The position numbers and the translations under genes are program-made. Source: Gemmatimonadales bacterium (GTDB taxonomy: Bacteria > Gemmatimonadota > Gemmatimonadetes > Gemmatimonadales > GWC2-71-9). From it: a stretch of 64,000 nucleotides of DNA. The notes under the pieces were generated by a model. It saw nothing but the letters and a program-made list of their open reading frames with translations. It ran no database searches and had not been told where the DNA came from. Below are positions 28,623 to 35,878 of this stretch, one piece after another; the stretch's first letter is position 1; each line of letters opens with the position of its first letter. Where the stretch lies: contig JBAOHR010000009.1 in NCBI GenBank assembly GCA_037045245.1, forward strand, positions 75,241-139,240, given 5' to 3'.

Positions 28623-29801
28623 ATGCTCTTCGACAAGTGTCGGCAGTTCACCCAGGCCCGCGAGATCCAGGCGGCCGGGTTGTACCCCTACTTCAAGCCG
28701 ATTTCCGAGTCCGAGGACACGGTCGTCACCATCGACGGCCAAAAGCGGATCATGCTCGGCTCGAACAACTACCTCGGCCTGACCCACCACCCCAAGGTGC
28801 TCGAGGCGGCCACCCGGGCGCTGCACCGCTACGGGGCGGGCTGCACCGGCTCACGCTTCCTGAATGGCTCGCTCGACCTGCATGAGCAGCTCGAAGCGGC
28901 GCTGGCCAAGTTCCTCGGCAAGGAAGCCGCCCTGGTCTTCTCGACCGGCTACGGCGCGAACCTCGGCCTGATCTCCGGCCTCCTCGGGCGCGGCGAGACG
29001 GTGTATCTCGACAAGCTCGACCACGCCTGCATCGTCGACGGCGCCAAGCTCTCGTACGGCGAGACGCAGCGCTTCAACCACGGCGACCTCGACCACCTGA
29101 CTCGGCTGCTCGAGCGGAACACGACAGGCAAGGGGACGATGGTCGTGGTCGACGGCGTGTATTCGATGGAAGGGGACATCGCCGACATCCCGGGCCTCAG
29201 CAAGATCTGCAAGCGCTTCGGCGCGGCCCTCGTGGTGGACGATGCCCACGCCCTCGGCGTGATCGGCCCGAATGGCGAAGGCACCGGCGCGCACTGGGGG
29301 ATGCAGGACGACGTCGACATCATCGCCGGCACCTTCTCGAAGTCGCTCGCGTCGGTCGGCGGCTTCGTCGCCGCCGATGAGTCGGTGATCCACTTCCTCA
29401 AGCACCACTCGCGGCCCTTCATCTTCACCGCCTCGCTCCCGCCCGCCAACACGGCCGGCGTGCTCGCGGCGCTGGAAGTGCTGCAGGAGGAGCCGGAACG
29501 CCGCACCACGCTGTGGGCCAACGCCAAGCACCTCGCCGACGGCTTCCGCGCCCTCGGCTTCGAGATCGGCGAGACCGTCACGCCGATCATCCCCGTGCTG
29601 ATCGGCCCGCTCGAGACCACCTTCGTCTTCTGGCGGAAGCTGTACGACGCCGGCGTCTTCACCAATCCGGTGGTGCCGCCCGCCGTGCCGCCCTCGCAGT
29701 GCCGCCTCCGCACCAGCGTGATGGCGACCCACACGCCGGCCCAGATCGACACCGCCCTGGAGGCCTTCGGGCGCATCGGTCGCGAGCTGGGGGTCATCTG
29801 A
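28623..29801 (+). CDS. spt: Alpha-oxoamine synthase, serine palmitoyltransferase-like (PLP-dependent)
   Basis: ORF 28485..29801, with the start at ATG 28623 (AGGAGG 8 nt upstream). The sequence reads MLFDKCRQFTQAREIQAAGLYPYFKPISESEDTVVTIDGQKRIMLGSNNYLGLTHHPKVLEAA...GSRFLNGSLDLHEQLE...VFSTGYGANLGLIS...DGVYSMEGDIA...VDDAHALG...GTFSKSLASVGGFV...PFIFTASLPP...THTPAQID. The N-terminal extension and the GTFSKS PLP-lysine block resemble bacterial Spt more than BioF or Kbl. Confidence 0.75.
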   Translation: MLFDKCRQFTQAREIQAAGLYPYFKPISESEDTVVTIDGQKRIMLGSNNYLGLTHHPKVLEAATRALHRYGAGCTGSRFLNGSLDLHEQLEAALAKFLGKEAALVFSTGYGANLGLISGLLGRGETVYLDKLDHACIVDGAKLSYGETQRFNHGDLDHLTRLLERNTTGKGTMVVVDGVYSMEGDIADIPGLSKICKRFGAALVVDDAHALGVIGPNGEGTGAHWGMQDDVDIIAGTFSKSLASVGGFVAADESVIHFLKHHSRPFIFTASLPPANTAGVLAALEVLQEEPERRTTLWANAKHLADGFRALGFEIGETVTPIIPVLIGPLETTFVFWRKLYDAGVFTNPVVPPAVPPSQCRLRTSVMATHTPAQIDTALEAFGRIGRELGVI

Positions 29802-30938
29802 CCGGGGCGCCGGCCATCCGGCGCGTCGAGACCGCCAAGGACCTCGCCGCCTTCATCGACTTGCCGTATCGGCTGCATCGGCGGGACCCGAACTGGGTCC
29901 CGCCGTTTCGCGCCGAGGTGAAGAAGCTGCTCGATCGCGCGAAGAATCCGTTCTTTGCCCACGCCGAGGCCGAATATTTCCTGGCCGAGCGCGGTGGCGA
30001 GGTCGTCGGCCGGATCGCCGCGATCCACAACCGGCTGCACAACGAAGTACACCACGACCGCGTCGGCTTCTTCGGCTTCTTCGAGTGCATCAACGACTTC
30101 ACCGTCGCGGCCCCGCTCCTCGACGCCGCCTCGGCGTGGGTCAAGGCGAAGGGGCTCGACACGGTGCGCGGCCCCGCGTCGTTCTCGGTCAACGACGAAT
30201 GCGGCCTCCTCATCGACGGCTTCGACACGCCGAACACGCTGATGATGCCGCACAATCCGCCCTACTATCTCACGCTCCTCGAGGACCGCGGGCTTCGTGA
30301 AGGCCAAGGACCTGGTCTGCCTGCAGGCCGGCTCGCTCGAGAATCCGCTGGAGCCGCCCGAACGCACCGCGCGCGCCGTCGAGCTGCTGAAGAAGCGCTA
30401 CGGCCTCACGATTCGCGGCCTCGACATGAAGCACTTCCAACAGGAAGTCGAGCTGGTGAAGGTGCTGTACAACGCCTGCTGGGAGAGCAACTGGGGCTTC
30501 GTGCCGATGACCGATGCGGAGATCGACGCGCTGGCCGAGGGCTTCAAGCCGGTGGTGATCCCGAACCTCGTCCCGTTCATCGAGAAGGACGGCAAGCCGA
30601 TCGCCTTCGGCCTGGCGATGCCCGACCTGAACGAGGTGCTGCGGCACAACCATTCGGGCGGGATGTTCCCCGCCTCGCTCACGATGCTCTGGAAGCTCAA
30701 GACCAAGCAGATCACGCGGGCCCGCATCCTGTTGCTCGGCGTGCTGCCGGAGTGGCGCGGCAAGGGAATCGACTCGGCGCTGTACCACTGGATCTGGAGC
30801 AAGGCGGCCGAGATCGGCATCGGCTGGGGCGAGGCCGGCTGGCTGCTCGAAGACAACGGGGCGATCATCCAGGGCCTCACCAAGACCGGCTTCACCCCCT
30901 ACAAGACGTACCGGCTCCTCGACCGCCCCGCGACATGA
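29798..30938 (+). pseudogene. GNAT-fold N-acyltransferase (candidate bacterial ceramide synthase-like); one frame break; start codon unclear
   Basis: The N-terminal half lies in the frame of ORF 29513 (IRRVETAKDLAAFIDLPYRLHRRDPNWVPPFRAEVKKLLDRAKNPFFAHAEAEYFLAERGGEVVGRIAAI...GFFECINDF...MMPHNPPYYLTLLEDRG). The C-terminal half lies in ORF 30297..30938 (KAKDLVCLQAG...NACWESNWGFVPMTDAEIDAL...LLGVLPEWRGKGIDSALY..., a GNAT acyl-CoA site). The break is near 30293 (extra G). There is no ATG/GTG/TTG between the spt stop and the conserved N-terminus; CTG 29798 is the only in-frame candidate. Confidence 0.6.
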
Positions 30939-31909
30939 AGGCGCTCGTCACCGGGGCCACCGGCTTCGTGGGCGGTCACCTGGTGGATCGCCTGCTCGCG
31001 CGCGGCGACACGGTCACCGCGCTGGTGCGCTCCCCCGCGAAGGCGGCGGAGCTCGCCTCGCGTGGCGTGCGGCTGGTGCGCGGCGATCTCGGCGATCATG
31101 CCGCGCTGGCCGAGGCCGCGGCGGCGCAGGAGGTCGTCTACCACGCCGCCGCGCTGACCGGCGCGGTCGACGAGGCGGAGTTCCTCGCGGCCAATCGTGA
31201 TGGGACCGCGAACCTGGTGCAGGCCGCACTCGCCGGCGGAGCACCACGCTTCGTCCTGGTGAGCTCGATGGCGGCCGGCGGCCCTGCCTCGCGGGGTCGG
31301 CCCAAGGGTGCCGATGGGCACGACGCGCCGGTCACGATGTACGGTCGGAGCAAGCTCGCCTCCGAGCAGGTGCTCCGCGGCGCCGCGCTGCCGTGGGTGA
31401 TCCTGCGGCCGCCGACGGTGTATGGCCCCCGCGACCGCGACAACCTGATCACCGTCTACAAGGCGGCGCGCCTCGGCATCGCACCGGTCTTCGGCGACGG
31501 CTCGATGGAGGTGTCGATCGTGCACGTCGAGGACCTCGCCGATGCCATCGTCCTCGCCGGCACAACGGGCGATGCCGTGCTCGGACAGACGTACTACGCC
31601 AACCATCCCGAGGTCCTCTCCTCCGCCGACCTCGTGCGCGAGATCGCGCGGAGCATGGGGCGCGGCGTCACGCTGCTGCCGATTCCGGAATGGGCCGCGC
31701 GCATGGCGCTGACCGCCACCGGCGCTTGGGCCGCGGCGCTCCGGCGCAAGACGATCCTCCGCGCCGACAAGGCGAACGAGTTCTACCAGCCCGCCTGGAC
31801 TGGCGACGCGGCACCCTTCATCGCCGCGACCGGCTGGCAGCCGCGTTTCGACGCGGCCAGCGGGCTGGCCCACACCCACGACTGGTACCGCCAGGCGGGA
31901 TGGCTCTGA
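30935..31909 (+). CDS. NAD(P)-dependent epimerase/dehydratase-family reductase (extended SDR)
   Basis: MKALVTGATGFVGGHLVDRLLARGDTVTALVRS is the Rossmann TGxxGxxG motif. YGRSKLASE is the YxxxK catalytic motif. The start overlaps the stop of the GNAT gene (ATGA). Confidence 0.85.
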   Translation: MKALVTGATGFVGGHLVDRLLARGDTVTALVRSPAKAAELASRGVRLVRGDLGDHAALAEAAAAQEVVYHAAALTGAVDEAEFLAANRDGTANLVQAALAGGAPRFVLVSSMAAGGPASRGRPKGADGHDAPVTMYGRSKLASEQVLRGAALPWVILRPPTVYGPRDRDNLITVYKAARLGIAPVFGDGSMEVSIVHVEDLADAIVLAGTTGDAVLGQTYYANHPEVLSSADLVREIARSMGRGVTLLPIPEWAARMALTATGAWAAALRRKTILRADKANEFYQPAWTGDAAPFIAATGWQPRFDAASGLAHTHDWYRQAGWL

Positions 31910-32808
31910 GCGCGAAGCACGCGTGGCGGCGCGTCGACGTCATGGTCGCCGGCTATGGGCTCTTCGTGGCCAGCCTTGGCCTCACGCGCATCGGCCAGCG
32001 CGGCGTGCCGTGGATCGTCGCCGCACACCTCGCACTCCCGCTGCTGACCTGGCTCGTGACGCGCGCCTCCGACGGCGCGATCGGCCGCGCGCTTCGCGCG
32101 AGCTACCCGGTCCTGCTGCTCGCCGGGCTCTACTCGGCGATCGACATCATGAATGGCTTCGGCGCGGCAGCCACCTGGGATGCACCGCTCCAGGCCGCCG
32201 AGGCGTGGATCTTCCACGGCCAGCCGAGTCGCGACTGGTGGCGCGCTGCACCCAACGCCTTCTGGTCGACGCTGCTGCACGGCGTGTACTTCTCGTACTA
32301 CATCCTCGTGCCGCTCCCGGTGCTCGTCTTCCTGGCACAGCGCCGTCCGGCGGCGCTCGAGCGCTATCTCGACGGCCTGATCGCGACCTTCCTGCTCTGC
32401 TACGTCGCCTATCTGCTGCTGCCCGTCGCGGGGCCGTACTACCAGTTCACGCGCCCGACGGGGGCGTTCGTTGCGAATGGCGCGGCGCAGCTGGTGTACG
32501 CCACGCTCGCGCGCGGAAGCGCGTTCGGCGCCGCATTCCCGTCGTCGCATGTCGCCGCGACCGTCGCCGCGACCGTCGGCGCGTGGCTCGGCTCGAAGCG
32601 GCTCGGGATGGCCATGGCCATCCCCACCGTGCTGCTCGCGGTGGGCGTGGTCTACTGCCAGATGCATTATGTGGTGGACAGTGCGGCCGGGGTGCTGCTC
32701 GGGGTGAGCGTGCCGCTGCTGATGGCGCGGGGCGAACGCAACGCGGGGGCGTCCGATGGACGCCCCCGCGCGGATGGTGCAACCGCCGTCCGACTTACTG
32801 GACGGTGA
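31900..32808 (+). CDS. PAP2-superfamily integral membrane phosphatase/phosphotransferase
   Basis: Downstream part of ORF 31393..32808 from ATG 31900 (MALSAKHAWRRVDVMVAGYGLFVASLG...). It has at least 6 hydrophobic helices. The PAP2 motifs are FTRP (C1-like), FPSSHVAATVA (C2, SxH) and CQMHYVVDSAAG (C3, HxxxD). It overlaps the SDR gene by 10 nt. Confidence 0.7.
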   Translation: MALSAKHAWRRVDVMVAGYGLFVASLGLTRIGQRGVPWIVAAHLALPLLTWLVTRASDGAIGRALRASYPVLLLAGLYSAIDIMNGFGAAATWDAPLQAAEAWIFHGQPSRDWWRAAPNAFWSTLLHGVYFSYYILVPLPVLVFLAQRRPAALERYLDGLIATFLLCYVAYLLLPVAGPYYQFTRPTGAFVANGAAQLVYATLARGSAFGAAFPSSHVAATVAATVGAWLGSKRLGMAMAIPTVLLAVGVVYCQMHYVVDSAAGVLLGVSVPLLMARGERNAGASDGRPRADGATAVRLTGR

Positions 32809-33253
32809 TCTTGCCGTGCATCCCCATCGCCATGTGCGGCAGGCAGGTGAACCGGTACTCACCAACCGGCGCGCCGGCGAAGTTGATCGTCATCTCTTCG
32901 CCCGTGTTCAGCAGCGCAGAGGCCAGCGGGCCCTGCTTGTTCGTGATGGCAGCATCCAGGACCGCGGCGGCGCCGGCCGGAATGCTGTCGCCATGGAACT
33001 GGACGTTGTGCAGGCCGCCCGAGACGCTCTTGAACGTCACGGCATCGCCCGCCTTGATGGTGAGCTCGGCCGGCGAGAACTTGAACGTCGTGCCGTCCTG
33101 GATCATCTCCACCACATGCGTGGTGCCCGTCACCGCCGGGGCCGCCGCCGGAGCGGTCGCTTCCGGGGTCGCAGTCTCCGCCCCTTCCTTCTTCTCTCCA
33201 CCGCAGGCCGCGAGCACCAGGGCCACTGCAGCAATCATCGCAGGAACGCGCAT
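32795..33253 (-). CDS. Lipoprotein-anchored type-1 (blue) copper protein, plastocyanin/auracyanin-like cupredoxin
   Basis: ORF 32795..33436, with the start at ATG 33253 (MRVPAMIAAVALVLAACGG lipobox, then an Ala/Pro/Glu-rich tether). The cupredoxin domain reads HVVEMIQDGTTFKFSPAELTIKAGDAVTFKSVSGGLHNVQFH...EYRFTCLPHMAMGMHGKITV. The ligand spacing C-x2-H-x4-M is identical to plastocyanin, with the upstream His in GGLHNV. Confidence 0.8.
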   Translation of the reverse strand: MRVPAMIAAVALVLAACGGEKKEGAETATPEATAPAAAPAVTGTTHVVEMIQDGTTFKFSPAELTIKAGDAVTFKSVSGGLHNVQFHGDSIPAGAAAVLDAAITNKQGPLASALLNTGEEMTINFAGAPVGEYRFTCLPHMAMGMHGKITVQ

Positions 33254-33468
33254 CGTTCGTCTTGCCTCATCCCTGGTGTGTGATGTGTGCGTCGATGCTG
33301 CCCCCCGGCAGCGCCGGCTCCCGGCCACCAGGATCACGGGAAGGCGGAAGGATAACGCCTTGGCCCGCGATCCTCTAGGCAAGGGGAGGAAGACGCTGGC
33401 GATTCCGTCGGGCCCCGCTACTTTCCGGCCGGTCACCTGCCCCCCCGTACCTCTCGCCCCGGACGGCC

Positions 33469-34230
33469 ATGTCGCTCCCCCCCTGTAGTTCGCTCGGCCG
33501 GCACTGCCGGGCGCTCAAGCTCACCATCCGGGTGGCAGCCATCGAAGGGAACGAGGACCACGACGCGACCTGGCTCTTCGGCCATACCCAGCGGGTGGAT
33601 TTCGGCAGGACGTTCGAGGACGACGAGGAGCTCTGGGTCGAGGCCGAGGTGCACGTCCCGTGTCGCCACCTGCAACAGCGGGAGGATGGCACGGTGCGCT
33701 GCGCCGGGTACGGATACACCGGAAGGGTGGCCGTGCCGAAACGTCCCCCCGCCCCGCGTCGGTTGGGCGGCGACCAGTTCAAGGTGGTCGAGAAGCACCG
33801 CCTGGTGACCCGGACCCTCAAGGCACCGCCGCGGATGTTGCCGGTCCTGGAACACGACCTCGCCCCCGATGCCAATCCCTGCGCCGGGGCGCCATGCCGC
33901 ACCGCCGACCACACCCGGAAGGCCGCCTGCTGCCGGGACCTCCAGGTCGACATCCGCTGCACCCCGCGCCAGGCCAAGCTCGAGGCGCTGCTGCGGCATC
34001 GGAAGTCTCCCTACCTCTGCAAGGTCGAACGGGAGGACGAGCTCCTCCTGAATGCCGAGATCATCTCGGCGTGCACCTACCTGATGGAAGATGGGCTACA
34101 TTGTGACCTGCATGGGCGGCTCCGGGCGGATGGTCGCCCCGCCAAGCCGCTGATGTGTTCACACTGGCCTGAAAAGAGGACAGGGCTCCATCCGGGGTGT
34201 GCCTTCCGGAATCGGCGGATTCCGCTCTAA
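33469..34230 (+). CDS. Cysteine-rich hypothetical protein (possibly YkgJ/UPF0153-like metal-binding cluster protein)
   Basis: Intact 253-aa ORF with 14 Cys. It contains NPCAGAPCRTADHTRKAACCRDLQV and ...LHCDLHGRLRADGRPAKPLMCSHWPE, which recall the CxxCxxCC ... CxxxxxRPxxC pattern of YkgJ-type proteins. The assignment is weak. Confidence 0.4.
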   Translation: MSLPPCSSLGRHCRALKLTIRVAAIEGNEDHDATWLFGHTQRVDFGRTFEDDEELWVEAEVHVPCRHLQQREDGTVRCAGYGYTGRVAVPKRPPAPRRLGGDQFKVVEKHRLVTRTLKAPPRMLPVLEHDLAPDANPCAGAPCRTADHTRKAACCRDLQVDIRCTPRQAKLEALLRHRKSPYLCKVEREDELLLNAEIISACTYLMEDGLHCDLHGRLRADGRPAKPLMCSHWPEKRTGLHPGCAFRNRRIPL

Positions 34231-34237
34231 GTCGTTG

Positions 34238-34266
34238 CAGCACAATACATTATATTGATGTGTGCA
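34238..34266. promoter_or_regulatory. AT-rich island upstream of the ECF sigma gene (candidate promoter/operator)
   Basis: cagcacaatacattatattgatgtgtgca is by far the most AT-rich stretch in the window. It lies 55-83 nt upstream of the sigma start and contains an imperfect palindrome, CACAAT...ATTGATGTG. Confidence 0.4.
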
Positions 34267-34320
34267 AGTTGGCGCATGGTGTGCGTCTTCTATGTGGCGT
34301 CTCTCGCCCCTGGAGGACCA

Positions 34321-34845
34321 ATGGCATTCGATCTCGAAGGTCTCTACCGCACCACCTATGACTCCGTCGTCCGCTTCCTGTACCGCAAGGTGTGGGACGC
34401 CGATCGTGCGGAGGACCTCGCGCAGGAAGTCTTCATGCGCGCCCTGCACCACCAGCCCGAAAAGCCCCGTTCCTGGGTCTTCGCCGTCGCCGCCAACATC
34501 GCGCGCGACGAGGCCCGTTCGGCCATTCGCCGCCGGAAGCACCTGGTCCTCCTGACGCACGAGCCGATTGCCTCGCCCTCGGTGGGCAAGGAAGTCGAGG
34601 AACGGCTGGATTCGGAGGAGCGCCAGGCCGAGGTGCAACGCGCCCTCGCCACGCTGTCGCCGCGAGACCGCGAGGTCCTGCTGTTGTGGGACGCCGGCTT
34701 GTCCTATCCCGAAATCGCTGAACAGACTGGGCTGGCGGTCGGTGCCGTGGGCACGACCCTCGCCCGGGCGCGCAAGCGCCTGGTGGCCGCCCACGACATG
34801 CTGGAGGAGTCCGATGAGCAGGTGCGCTCGTCCGCACGTGCCTGA
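34321..34845 (+). CDS. ECF (group IV, sigma-70 family) RNA polymerase sigma factor
   Basis: ORF 34255..34845, with the start at ATG 34321. Region 2 reads VVRFLYRKVWDADRAEDLAQEVFMRAL...PRSWVFAVAANIARDEARS. Region 4 reads LSPRDREVLLLWDAGLSYPEIAEQTGLAVGAVGTTLARARKRL. Confidence 0.9.
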   Translation: MAFDLEGLYRTTYDSVVRFLYRKVWDADRAEDLAQEVFMRALHHQPEKPRSWVFAVAANIARDEARSAIRRRKHLVLLTHEPIASPSVGKEVEERLDSEERQAEVQRALATLSPRDREVLLLWDAGLSYPEIAEQTGLAVGAVGTTLARARKRLVAAHDMLEESDEQVRSSARA

Positions 34846-35710
34846 GGAGGAGTTCCACGCCTGGCTCGACGGTGCCCTCTCCAAGGTGCAGTCGGCCGAG
34901 ATCGCGGAGCATCTCCTTGGTTGCCTGATCTGCCGTGCGGCGCATTCCGAGGCGGTGGCGGTCCGTGACCGGGCCACCGCCATCCTCGCCTTTGCCGCCC
35001 CCATGGGCCACCGTCGGGCGCTGCCGATGGTCCAGCACACCTCGCGGCGCCGCCAGTCCGCAATCGCCGCGGCCGTGGGCGTCCTGATGCTGGGCGGCTG
35101 GCTCGCCAATCAGCCAGCGACCCTGGCCCTGCCGACGCCTCGCCTCTCGACGATGGCCTTTGTCGCGCCGGCGATGCACGCCTCGTTCCTCGAGACCGCC
35201 GCGCTGCAGGACAACGCGCTGCGCTCGCGGCAGCGCCGCCTCTCGATCGAGTCGACGCTCCGACCCGAGATGGTGCGGCCGGCGGCGCTGGGACGGGTCG
35301 TCACGCTCGCGCCGGTGGTCGAGGTGGACCCGGCCATCAACTGGGAGCCGATCAGCTGGGATGACGCCCTGGCGGCCGCTGGCGGCTCCCTTGCCCGCCT
35401 CGAGGGCCTCCCGGTGACGGGCGTCCGCCTGCAGCGGAACGGCAGCGGCGTCCGGCCGACCTTCTTCGTCAAGCAGCGGCTCCCCGACGGCCGCGCCGTC
35501 TGGGTGATCGAGGGCCCCGAGGACCGCGTCGAGCCCGTCCACGCCGCCGTCGAGGCCTCGGGCCTCTCCTCGTCCGTCGCGCTGCGGACCAAGCCGGACT
35601 ACGTCACCAGTGGCGAGTCGACGGTCCGGACGCTGCGGCTGGTGACGGTCTCGGCGTCGCTGCCGAAGGATTCGGTGGATGCGTTGACGGCGAAGTTGCG
35701 GCTGGAGTAG
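34814..35710 (+). CDS. Anti-sigma factor (zf-HC2 N-terminal domain, one TM, periplasmic domain)
   Basis: Starts at ATG 34814, overlapping the sigma gene by 32 nt. MSRCARPHVPEEEFHAWLDGALSKVQSAEIAEHLLGCLICRAAHSE carries the H-x3-C-x2-C zinc motif. The TM segment is AIAAAVGVLMLGGWLA. Confidence 0.75.
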   Translation: MSRCARPHVPEEEFHAWLDGALSKVQSAEIAEHLLGCLICRAAHSEAVAVRDRATAILAFAAPMGHRRALPMVQHTSRRRQSAIAAAVGVLMLGGWLANQPATLALPTPRLSTMAFVAPAMHASFLETAALQDNALRSRQRRLSIESTLRPEMVRPAALGRVVTLAPVVEVDPAINWEPISWDDALAAAGGSLARLEGLPVTGVRLQRNGSGVRPTFFVKQRLPDGRAVWVIEGPEDRVEPVHAAVEASGLSSSVALRTKPDYVTSGESTVRTLRLVTVSASLPKDSVDALTAKLRLE

Positions 35711-35878
35711 TCCTGAGTCCTGAGTCGTGAGTCCTGAGCGTCGAGGGGCCGGCATTCCAGTTGGGATGCCGGCCCCTTCGCATGTCAGCCGCGAGCACGC
35801 AAGCAGAAGGCCGGCCCATCTACCACAGGGCCGGCCTCCGCAATCTCAGGACTCAGCACTCACCTCTCACAACTTCTA
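35708..35878. repeat. Heptad-periodic stop-codon arrays (GTCCTGA type) flanking two GC hairpins between convergent genes
   Basis: The plus strand reads TA[G TCCTGA] GTCCTGA GTCGTGA GTCCTGA (35710-35737). The minus strand reads CTAGAA GTTGTGA GAGGTGA GTGCTGA GTCCTGA (35878-35846). Between them lie hairpin 1, AGGGGCCGGCAT / ATGCCGGCCCCT (35744-35755 / 35766-35777), and hairpin 2, AGGCCGGCCC / GGGCCGGCCT (35808-35817 / 35828-35837). Confidence 0.85.

Noticed and set aside
34208-34237. ECF-type autoregulated promoter (GGAAT ... GTCGTT) upstream of the sigma gene.
   Set aside because: The spacing between the AAT and CGT elements is about 20 nt rather than the 16-17 nt typical of ECF promoters. 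The putative -35 element also lies inside the end of the upstream ORF.
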